Assembly: GCA_965203295.1 (NCBI GenBank)
Contig: CBDBCZ010000017.1
Coordinates: forward strand, 1,408,001 to 1,472,000
Direction: 5' to 3'
Origin: Nitrospirales bacterium
GTDB lineage: Bacteria; Nitrospirota; Nitrospiria; Nitrospirales; UBA8639
Length of the DNA stretch: 64,000 nucleotides
Under the pieces are notes generated by a model. The model did not search any database. It was not told the origin of the DNA and saw nothing but the letters and a program-made list of their open reading frames with translations. Position 1 is the first letter of the stretch; each line of letters opens with the position of its first letter. A program made the position numbers and the translations under genes. Below are positions 52,977 to 64,000 of the stretch, one piece after another.

Positions 52977-55900
52977 TCAAAGTTCAGAGCTGTCGATCAC
53001 CTCTGCCGCACTTCCCTTGGGAGGTGTGGGACTGTGTCTCTCTTTGGGAGGTGTGGGACTTCGGCTTCGTGCCTGAGTGTAGAGTGCTTCATTGGCGAGA
53101 TACATCTCACGCTTGATTTGATTCTGAACGGTCTCTGGTACATCTGGCACTAGCCAGTTTAAGAACATGGACACGGCACGAACGAAAACCTGAAGGTGTA
53201 CGTACAAAGAGTCTGACATGAATGTAAATATGCAGGATAAAAACAAATGAAAAACAGTAGTACTACACGTGCAACCTTTGTGAGCGTGTACAGTTTTCAT
53301 TGAGTGTACGTACGCTGACCCAGGCTAGACCTAGCTATCCCATTGAAAGTGACTGTGGTGTTCTTCAGTACTTGAAACACGTCACTAGGGACACGCACAT
53401 TATTCGGGAATTTCTTTAGGAATAATAGGTGTATACATAAAAGGGAGAATAATAGGTGATTGTTTTGATAAAACCTGTCTGTAAGGCCTTCCCTGGGTCA
53501 GAGGACTCAGTAATTAGTCTGAAGTAAAGTGGTGGGCTGGGGGTAGAATATAAGTGGCTGTGAATTCCATCAATAATTCCAGAGCCAAGTGTAGTGAAGC
53601 AGAGAAATCCACTATATGACTTGGACAAGGTAGAAACACATCCTAAATTCAGTCTGCTACATATGGCTCGTAATAAAGGAAAAGAATAATAGGGTAAAAA
53701 TAAGAATAATAGGAAGGAATAATAGGGCAAGATAAAAGAATTGGGGAATAGAATAATGGGAAAATTAAAAAGAATAATGTGCCTGTCCCTACACGTCACT
53801 CATGCTTGGCTCATCTGCAGCTCCTTGACAACCAGCATGTGATTGAACTTCATGCACAATGTAACAGCTACAGAACTATTCACTCACAGAATTTGCCGGG
53901 TATTCCACCCCCTTTTATAGAAAACGGTTCATGAAGAATACAATGACATTGTGTTGAATACTAATAAAATTATCGATGCAGGGTACTTTAATTATTGTTG
54001 TGAATGTAATACATGCGTTAGCTAAATACCTCAAATAAGAGGACAAAGGCTAATCTTGCTGCCCATATCTGCCAGAACACCAGCGGGCGAGATCCATCCA
54101 CATTCACATGTCCTCGGAACCTGAACAAAAGCACACAAATACAAATAGTAACTGTTTATTAATAATTTGTGCTATGTATAAACACTCATTAATGATAAGT
54201 CATTCAAGTACTTGAAAATACGAGTTTAATTGATTCCTATAGCACTTACTGTATATGAAAGAGAAAAGAAAAAGAATCTCAGAGAGTTATTTAGTCCTTA
54301 TGAACACTACATACAACAATGAATTGATGCTTGGGTCAGTAAATTAAGGTTTTTGATTGATGAACAACGTACCTTAATTGGGCCAGACTACACATACCTA
54401 CGTATAATATAGCATGCCCTCCCACAATATATACCAGGCTGTACATACATATCATGTTTGGTATGCACACGTAAGTAATGAACATCAGACATAGTCCCAT
54501 AATTAGTTAATAACAAACACTTCTGTTACAGTAATTTATCCAAACCTCAGTGAAGGGTGGGACTCAAATGAGCTGAATAAATACTATGTAGTATGAGCAC
54601 TGCATTTAATGGAAGTTTAGAGATTATTGCATTTCGAATGCAGTGATGTGATCATGCAACCGAGTAATGTTCATCTTCACCCTATATTGCCAGCTATAAA
54701 CAAGTGGATGGGTTATGTTTATGTAACAGTGTACTTACTGACAAGTGGCACTCAAGTTGGCACAAGGTCCTGTAGGTTTCCTGGGTGACCAGTCCGCTTT
54801 GGCATCAAAGACGAGTTGTTTAAACTCTCCGGTGACAGTACCATTGTCTGAGCAGCCACCACCCCCATAAAAACAGGCATACTGTGCATCTGTGAAACCG
54901 AACTTGTCCCTGCCAGTTAGCGGATCAGAGTAGGTGCTGAAAAAAGCAGCAGAAGTGCTTATATTGTAGGTTACAGCATCATACAAGCATTCAAAGTCGA
55001 TGAATGGTAGGTAGAGAATCGATTCCTCATTTTCGTTGGTTATTATATTGCCCCTGTCATCATACATCACAAGTGCATGTGCAGAGTAAGCAGGAAAGGC
55101 TTGCCCATCAAGAAGAGCACTGAGAGGAAAGGGGCTCACAGACCATTGAATATAGCCAGAGAGATCATGGGTCCTTGTGGCATTTCCAAATGCTGTGTTT
55201 TCGATGCTGCTTTTGTACTGATCACTATACCCACCATGAATGTATACATTAAAGGGGATAAACTGTGCGGTGACTGCAATTAAAAGTCCGTTTGTCAGCA
55301 CAGCAATTGAAGAGACAACTGTCAAAACCAAAAACCAGGCACCTGAGTGTGGAAAACATCGTCTTTATTAAAAATAATGAAATTTAAGTATGTAAACGTT
55401 TACACAAATATAAGAGTCTGACATAGGACAGCTAATGTTCATTGCACTATACTTCTTCATATAATTGCTTTTAAAGTCAGTAGAGCTTACTTTATTGCTC
55501 AATAGTTTAATCATAAGTATACAGAAAGCCCTACAATTAAAAAGAATACATCCCTTACCAATATCCTGCACTCGGACTGCAACAGGACGCCGAAAGATTG
55601 TCACATATTTTCGAGCATCGAGCCTGATCTCGATGATGTTATTGAAAAGGGCAAATAGTGGTGCCAGAGGAAGTGCAGCCACAAAGACTGTCACGAAACC
55701 ATATTGGATAACTAGAGGAGAAAGGAAATCGTTCATTTGTGAGGCCAGAAAACACACAGACTGATGCCAAGAAGTAGTGGTTGTATTAACCTTTATACAT
55801 GAGGTAGTCCCGGGGAGAAAACAAGTATCATTTTGCTGGATTTTCAATTGTATCACTGTGCCACTTTTTCTAAACCTCTGTTAAAGTTGGGACTGTATAC

Positions 55901-58900
55901 ATACAAACTATCGATGCAACTATGCGTCACATATGGGTCCCACCCTTAACGAAAGTTCAGCAATATCGCGTTTCAAATGCAGTGAATGATGCAATAGAGC
56001 CCTTTACCTTTATGATGTAATGGGAGGGACAAAATACATGAAAACTTGCACGTTTCATGTAAATTTTAAACATGAAAACACAAAAACATGCATGTTTCCA
56101 TGTAGCTAATGTTTCATTTAGTGCCCACTTCCACCCCCCCCCCCCTTACATTATAATGGTGAAGGGTCTATTAAAACACACAATAGAATAGGTTTTCATT
56201 TTCTAACCGGGACTGCCACACATAATCAGCTGCTACATACGTACCTAGCTCAAGGAACTCATTGACGAATGCTAGATTGGGGAGTGGACATAGATCTTCA
56301 TCCGTGCATCCCTCTTTAGAGGGCTTCTTCTCCTTCATGTGTTTGAAGAAATGCTTGGTGGACCTACATGTACCGATGCATATAGAACGGTGGTGGAGTG
56401 GTCAAAAATCTCGTTAGATCATGTATATATGAGCATGCACCTGCACTGGTAGGCTTGAGATAATTATGCTCCAAATCTTTGCAATTATTCTATTCTCCAA
56501 TTCTTTGATTTTATTGCTATTATTCTCCCAGTTTTTTGCTTCTATTCTCATATTATTCTCAAGTTATACCTGTTGCTACACTGTAACATAAGTGAGCATT
56601 CTAGTAGACATCAACATGTCGACACTATTCACCAGCCACTGGGTCAGACATGATTGATACTGTCATAGAGTGCTAGCTAGGCACTCAACCAAAGAAATAA
56701 CTCACTCTATTTGAGCACCCAGTCCTCATGCATTGCTGGCCGGAGGGCAGGGGCGTCCCACTCATTCGGGCACGGACCACCAAAAGAGACATTGAGGCTT
56801 GCTACTATTCTAGAATTATGCTTTATGCTAATATCTTGCTATTATTCTAAAAATTATTCCAGCATAATTATCTCAAGCCTAACCTGCAGGTCTAAAGGAC
56901 TATGGATTTTCTTGCAGTAACAGATACTAGGCTGGTGTCTAGGTTGTGTATGGTGACTTCATCTATCATGAGTAGGATTGAGGATTGCGATGAAGTTAAG
57001 ATGACAGGATAGTTACTTGCTTTAGTAGCTCATTTCTACTAGGCACTTAAACTGTCACTCATTGCATGTGTAAGTCACACAGTTTACACCATACATGCAT
57101 TTATGCACCAGTTATATATCTCACGTAATCAAGTGTAAAAGTTTTAATGACTGTTACACAGTGTGCATTATATTTTGAAAACTGATCTGACAATGCCAGA
57201 TCAACCCAGGTTATGGTCGGACATGGTCTGACATTTAATCAAGAGTTTATTACAGAGCAATTTCAAATTTGCCAGTGCAACTGTTATATAAATAACTCAT
57301 GGCATGAAATTTTGGCTATAAGATAGAAGAGTACGAGCATTAGGTGAGTAGCTTGTGATCGGCAAGTTGGGCAGTAGAGCCTGTGAACGAGGCTAGGTAG
57401 CATGGTCAATGATGTTCTCGTTTTCTGGTTGCTGGAGCCAGTTGTCCATGCCCTGGAGAAGTTCCTCATTCCAACAGCACAACTCTCGTGCTTCCTACAA
57501 GCCTCACACCACAACACAGCCATGAGCCCCCCCGCAGTGTCGACATCACAGCGCAGCCACGAGAGCGTCTGATGCCCTATTTAATGTGCCTGGGTACGAG
57601 GCTACTGATGCTCACATTTGAACTGCGTCTTGAACGTGGCGACGGTGACTTGCCTCTTGGCCTTCTTCGAACTACTTGAAGCGCCAGGCAGGGTGCAAGC
57701 GCTACTTACTGTTCTCTTACGGCTAGCAAAGACTACGACCGAGGTGCTAAAACTTGCACTGTACTGCCACGTGTTTCTAGTGGGTGTGGCGCTTGGCGTG
57801 AGCATGCACATGCGTACGCGTTACATACGTGCGTGCGCTACGTACAGCGCGTTCTATAAAAACGACCGGCCAAAATGTCAGCTCAGGAGAACGAGCAGAC
57901 GGCCATAGTCGTCCTTTGCGCGGAATATGGCCGATGGGTGACCGTTATAATGCACATTGCTGTAGTAGTTTCTCAATTCCATGTGGAGCTTTAAATTCAC
58001 AGAAAACATAAAGACCTTTTTTTAACTTTCCTAAATAATTATGAAATATACAAGTATGTACATGTACATTCACAGAATAAACTGACTTCATCAAGTTGAA
58101 AGGCTAGCTCTTATGTACCGCAAACCTTGAAACTTTTACACGTACATATTCTGCATTTGGTTGACTTCAGTATGTAGTGTAGTCACTGCCTGATTCACTG
58201 TTTGTCTGTCTGAGTCTGACAATGATTGGATGCACTTTATAGAGCCATAAACTTTGAATTTCTTAAGCAGCAGTGATAATATGCAGGACGAAGGCTGACT
58301 GGAAAAGGACTGAAAATTGTCAGCTAAGTGACTCAGTCTGAGAGTCTGCATGTATACTCTCACTGTGAAAAAATAGGCAGGCAGGCCTGATAAAGCTGTG
58401 AAGTCTTAGCAGCGAAAGCATTCGATTCAGTTTTTCATTTCTGTTTTCTATTTCACTTGCTGGTTTTATACATTGATCGATCTGCTCAATACTGCTTTAA
58501 TATAGCAATAGTTTGTAGTACATGAACAGGTCAGGTCATGGTCTTATACTAAGTAGAAAGTATCACACACAAAAGTAGAACAACATTGATATACTTACGG
58601 TACACTCAACTCCTGAATGTTGTTTACAAGTTCCTTGCCAACTATGATAATGCCCAATTGGATCGTTAGCTCCAAGAGGCAGCCATAGGTGGGGCACTCA
58701 AGCATCCGCAGGTCTCCATACCGACTGTATCCTCCAGGATAGCCAATGAACCTGAATAAATGTGCCTAGTTAATAGCGGTTTATTAAACAGTAGCCAAAT
58801 CCACACATAATGCACAAAAATCAGTTGAAGGGTAACTTGGAGTATCATACAAGTAGTTACAACTGAGGTAATACACTATACTTTTGCGATATCCTCTAGA

Positions 58901-61900
58901 TTAGTAGCCACCCTCAAATTATAGCTGCACCTCCAGAAGCTAAGCTATCAAGCTCTGATAGTAAAATGGGTTCTCAGTAGTTTCCCTGAAATTGGAGATG
59001 GTAAAGTAGCCTGCACTTGTGTAAGCAGTTATTGCTGTAGTACAAACGACCAGCCACTGTGCTTTATTCAAATTTCATGTGGCTACAGGAGAGGCCTTAC
59101 TTTCTAAAATATATTTCAGTCGCAAGTACAAAGTGCACAATGAATTTCCAATCAAGATTTAGGATATTAGCACTTACTGTCCCTTGATAAAGGCAATGTA
59201 GAAGAGAGAAGCATAGTAGTTGACACTCTGGAAGATGTATGTCTTGGTGATCAGGCTATCAGTATAGGAACTTTGAGTGCGATGAAGCTCTGTGTTGTAC
59301 ATAAAAGGAATAAGGCAATGCAAAATTAAAGGTAAGAGAAATGTATGCTTACTTCCTAAGTCCACTAACTCTCTCCATCCCTTTACAGGGGTTTGTAGGT
59401 TGGTTGTGCAGTGCATCAATGTACATTACCATGGCAACCACTTTTTCCCACGCTTATAGCACTCAAAGGAGGTCACATACAGGGATCATTGCTATACCAA
59501 TGTACATTAAATCAGTTAAAGGTCAGTTTGGGTGAGGGGTTAAAATCCTCGGCTTCGCCTCGGACTTTAAATTCCCCTCACCCAAACTGACCTTTAACTA
59601 TTACATATAGGCAAGTGGGAGTTGACAGTAGTAATTGTGTTATTTGTTAGTCTTTGATTCTGACAGCCTAACCTAATTAAGTACTTGAGAGCCACTGCTT
59701 ATTTGCCCTCTCCTGTTGACAACCAACTAGCTTGCAAACCTCTGTATGGACCTTACACTTACCCCAGTCATTGAGTATTCTTGCAAGGTATGCGTAAACT
59801 TTGTTCAGGACTTCGATGAAAACCAGTTGAAGGACAGCTGCAGTGATAGAAACGATGATGTCTACAATGCTGAGCCTGTTTTCAACGCCAGAGAGAAGAT
59901 GGTAGAGAAAGCCACTGAAGACAAGACGATAGACGGTCACAGCAAAAATGACAGCAATGACAATGGTAGCCTGTGTAGCAAAAGAACAGGAGTATTCAAT
60001 TAATTTTTCTTAATTAACTACCTCCAATGAATTCTTCAACCAAAATATAGCAAATTATACGGTATGCAGCATGAAACAGCTTAGCATAGTCTACAGTTGC
60101 AGTTATCTTACGTACCTGGCTAAGCTAAGCCTCGGGTGTTTTACTTGAATGAAATGATCCCAGCTAGCTGCTTTATATATGAAATATCAGGCTTGTTATT
60201 ATAACTACTGTAGACACTCAAAATTGATGTCCCTTCTTATTAATTTTCATATTTAACTCATTGCACACGACAATAATTTCACACGTGAGGTTAGCCTATG
60301 CGTCATTATTGTCAATGAAAGCATACTAAGCATATCTGGGTAGCATTTCACTATATTTTCGCTAACCAAGTCAAGAAAGCAGTGGATTCCGTGTGTTTTT
60401 CTTCAAAGACCATCAGCCACGGCTATTTAACTCCCCGTAGACTAATTATAATACACACGCCTATGTATAGGCGTGCCACAAGCAATGAGTTAAAGGGAAA
60501 AATCAAGGCAACTTGCTTAACACCAGACTAGAGAGCCTGGGAATGAGACTACACTGGCCTGGGAATGAGACTACACTGGCCTGGGAATGAGACTACACTG
60601 GCCTGGGAATGAGACTAAACTGGCCTGGGAATGAGACTACACTGGCCTGGGAATGAGACTACACTGGCCTGGGAATGAGACTACACTGGCCTGGGAATGA
60701 GACTACACTGCCCAAAATCAACAACTTGCCATAGAGATTAGGACGGATAATGAGAAGACCACTTTAGGGTAGTACCAGTAGGCTGGTTGGATGAACTCCT
60801 TTTTCTTCAGAACCTTATTAATGACAAAAAACTTCCCACGGTCCTTTGGTTTAGTTTTCTTAATGTGTTGCTTGATGGTGTGAACAAACTCAGGTCGGGC
60901 ACGCTCCTAAATAACAAGAGTGAAGAGATTCACTAGTTGTAGAGGCTCAAAAATGCATGCGCTGTATAAATATAGTAACTATTGCTACAACTACGCACGT
61001 CATAATTAAGAACCCTGCCCTTAATGGAAGTTCAGAGATACAGCAATTTAAATACAGTGACACGATTGAAATGCACATAGGAGCAATATTTGATGGGACT
61101 AACACATGTGACTTTCAGAAACACCTACTACTAAAATTTGAAAACCTGGCAGGCAATTCACATGTGTGGTGATATTCCAAAAATGGTGGAGGTATGTACA
61201 TACTAGGAATACGCACGTGAATTATGCCTCGCGGGCTTAATTTGCATATGGTGGCAGTTATTTGTGCTAGTGAACTGTGTGGTGCATGGTAGGTGACTTG
61301 AGGTTTGTCTATGCGTAGATTGAACACGTGCCTTGCCCCCTGAAGCCCAGGGACCGCGAGGGTAGTCGCTAGCCAGAGACCCAATTTTGAACACGTGCCT
61401 GCCCCCTGAGGCCCGGGGGCCGGGGAAGGTGGTCGCAAGTCTCGCGAACCAGCCCCTCGCATGAGACGTTCGTGCAAGGGGATGGCTCGCGAGACTAACT
61501 AGTCATGACAAACAACTACTGGAGAAGCTATGCATATCAGAGCAACTGGCCAGATCACTTTGTTAGCAGCATATTTTCAATGGCTAACCACAGCTGCTAA
61601 CAAAAGAGCAGAGAGCCGCAAAGCATGCTAGCTTGAAATACCGTTGGCATCTTGCGATCATGTCGTCGGTCTCCAGCGCTCATATCTCAGCTTACAGTAA
61701 GGCTACACAATTTCTACAAACCTGGGAGCTGTAGTAAGCCTCCCTTGATAAAACTACACGACAAATTCGTCCAGACCTCTGACTCTTCGTCTGCCACGAC
61801 TTCGAAGACGGCACCCAAAAAACTGCCAGAGACGCCATTTTGAACGCGTGCCTTGCCCCCGGGGGCGGGTGGAACAAACTATATATATATATATAAACGC

Positions 61901-63856
61901 TAGCTGAGATAGTTGAGCCCATAGCATGCGATTATTGGCCTTGCTACGCTCGGCAATTACTGGCAGAAAAATCCATGTTTTAGGAAGAGGGGAGCTGCAT
62001 ATTTCTAGTGTGTTTTTAAACGCTTACACTATGTCATTCATCAATTTATTACACATCCTTCAAACATTAATGGGTTTTAGCTAGCTATGGCACTCCAATC
62101 TGCTCTAAGAGTGAAGTTCACTAGTTGTACTAAAAAATTAAACAGATTTAGGAATGGAAGTGCCAAAAAGAATGCAAACAAGGAAGCATAAACACACCAT
62201 ACACGGCACCATCCCACTATATTTTTGTAGAAACCCCTGAAAATGAAGGTTAGGTGCCATAAAAGCTAACGTTGTTTTTATTTTGAGAGGCATTGATATT
62301 AAATTATTTTATATTGAATGTCTGCACCATCCCTACATAGAGAGCCTACAAATAAGACATGGCTTAAGCAGGGTAGAAGGGCTACTTGAGTGGGGTTCCC
62401 CAAAGCTTTCTACTGTTGCTTACCACGTGATTCTCAGTACTCAAATAGTTTCTATTGTATGACTTAATTGTAATAACAATACCGCCATTTATCAGCTGTG
62501 TGCATCTATAAGGCTTCTTCACTTCATGTGAGTTCAGATGTATGATGTATTCATTACCTCCGTGGATTCATACTTCAGCAAGTCCCAGTCATACTGCAGG
62601 CGAAATTGACGCCGCTTCCAAAACTCCAAAAACAGTACAGCTGCAAAGACATGTTATGGAATTAGGCTAAAAAATATGTGACAGTACTGGGTACAAGTCA
62701 AATAGCATTCTGTCACGTTTTTTGATCGCAACTCTGTGTTTGAAACACAATATCTTTGAACTTCCATCAAAGGTTGGGCTCAAATTACGCTATGTAAATG
62801 CATCAATAGTCATATTTAAGCTCTTCTTAATGGAAGATCAATATTTCAAATGCAGAGACGCAATCGAAATATGCAACAAAAAATATTTGATTTCTACACG
62901 GGACTGTCACATATGTTTACATTAAGAACATATGCAAGGGGATGTACAACAGATGGTAGTTAATAGGTGTTGGTTCAAGAATTTTCATGTATACTAAAGG
63001 TTGACTCATCATATAAAGTACTGTACAGAATGCTCTACCTTGTTGTTGTTGTACAACTTCATTTTCAATACTACAGGCCATAAAATATGATGTTTAGCCC
63101 ACTCACCCCAGAAGGCCATGAATATGGCAAAGAACACTGTTGCTCCATTGTCAAAGAGAAGCATCACCTGCAAACACACACAAAAGATCCCATTACTGAC
63201 ACCTGTCATGCTGTGTCAGCAAAAAGAACTATATAAGCTGAACATAGGCATGGGGATGTGTAATTCCGCGATCAGATACCGCAGCTACTAATTATTTCAT
63301 CGTGCAATTTTCTGCGGCCACTACTTGAGGGCGGCCACTAGTCAAGGGCAGCGTTTTTTCGACTGAGCAGTTTGCTGGCTACATAGCGATGCACAACAGC
63401 AGTTCCAATCTGATTGGTTTAATCACCGTTCACTGTTTATTAAAGCCATCACATTACAATGCCAGCTATTCATTTGGTAGAAGATATCAAAAATATCAGA
63501 TTTACGGGCAGCCTCTAATCCCTTTGCAGACCTCAAAAAAGACAAAGGTGAAGTCCAATAACTGTTAAGTAGAAAAGTCAAGTACTACTCTACTCTTACT
63601 CTATTATGATATCTTGTGGTCCTTGAATTTTGCCGCGGCTACTAATCGAGGGCAGTCACTATTTCATTCAGTACTTCTGGAGTTGCAGCTATAATTCGAG
63701 GGTGGCTATTAATCGAGGGTGGTATCTATTCGCAAAAATACGGTACTTACTCTGGCAGCGGAACAAATATCTGTGAGCCACCAGAAATCACAGAGTTCAT
63801 CACACAGAGGGCACATGTAGTAGTCAGTCCGGTTTACCTCCCTGCAAATATCAGCA
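52977..63856 (-). CDS. ANO: Anoctamin / TMEM16 family Ca2+-activated channel-scramblase, 5'-partial, 12 exons
   Basis: Exons: 63856-63751, 63167-63107, 62640-62558, 60906-60730, 59970-59763, 59289-59178, 58751-58599, 56363-56245, 55711-55559, 55342-54739, 54120-54030, 53189-52977. Motifs: [146 protein letters not shown]. Subtype not assignable. Confidence 0.93.
53386..53791. mobile_element. Non-autonomous hAT element with perfect 8-bp TSD
   Basis: TIR tagggacacgcacattattc / gaataatgtgcctgtcccta (19/20); TSD cacgtcac at 53378-53385 and 53792-53799. Confidence 0.9.
55993..56172. mobile_element. MITE with ~30-bp imperfect TIR
   Basis: aatagagccctttacctttatgatgtaa versus ttacattataatggtgaagggtctatt. 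Confidence 0.6.
56450..56881. mobile_element. hAT-like MITE with perfect 21-bp TIR
   Basis: taggcttgagataattatgct / agcataattatctcaagccta. The TSD is not exact. Confidence 0.8.
57159..57959 (-). mobile_element. hAT deletion derivative with a transposase N-terminal remnant (ZNF862-like)
   Basis: TIR cagtgtgcattata / tataatgcacattg. Broken peptides [13 protein letters not shown] and [26 protein letters not shown]. Interrupted at ~57560-57604 by a ..cctgggtacgaggcta end. Confidence 0.6.
59418..59604 (+). mobile_element. ~190-bp dispersed hairpin element, copy 4 of 4
   Basis: Perfect 26-bp stem 59514-59539 / 59574-59599; apex contains gcttcgc (59552-59558). Confidence 0.88.
60257..60489. mobile_element. 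piggyBac-like MITE (TTAA TSD)
   Basis: ttaa|ctcattgc ... gcaatgag|ttaa. The TIR is only 8 bp. Confidence 0.55.
60535..60710. repeat. 22-bp minisatellite x8 (gcctgggaatgagactacactg)
   Basis: Direct reading; one substitution in unit 4. Confidence 0.95.
63258..63743. mobile_element. Degenerate pogo/Tigger-like MITE ending 7 nt from an anoctamin donor site
   Basis: Right end tatctattcgcaaaaatacgg|ta; left gtaattccgcgatcagatacc; internal gcggc(t/c)acta..gagggc repeats. Confidence 0.6.
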
Positions 63857-64000
63857 CTGCAATGGAAAATAGATACGTAGTGTACAAATGATGCACATAG
63901 ATCTATATGTGTACGATATGTAGGGTAGGCACTATATTAGTCTCAGACTAGCTAGAGGATGGTTAACTGTAGCTCGTTCCCAGATCTCTGCCCAGGTTTT

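Noticed and set aside
60535..60710. CRISPR-like regular repeat
   Set aside because: Units are directly adjacent with no unique spacers, and the context is a eukaryotic intron. The same applies to 8910-9112 and 34994-35259.

Overview
Eukaryotic, intron-rich animal DNA; the gene content and repeat families suggest a demosponge, but that is inference. Left: the 3' portion of a ZMIZ1/2-type (SP-RING) gene on + (10 exons, 636-7926). Right: the 3' portion of an anoctamin/TMEM16 gene on - (12 exons, 63856-52977, one GC-AG intron). Between them, over ~42 kb, is a head-to-tail array of four paralogous - strand genes (A 15868-9107, B 24646-17108, C 38250-28213, D 50800-39408). Each encodes a signal peptide, 8-11 Ig-like domains (one per symmetric phase-1 exon) and a Cys-rich, possibly SEA-like C-terminal domain, with no transmembrane helix. 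A and D are open; B and C carry frameshift or nonsense lesions confined to single skippable exons. The paralogs look mosaic. Introns and intergenic DNA are dense with non-autonomous transposons (hAT, pogo/Tc1, Kolobok-like, P-like), tRNA-derived SINEs, a DIRS remnant, and several palindromic elements whose apex is a GCGNAGC mini-hairpin. All gene models were built by hand from splice signals and reading frames, without expression data.
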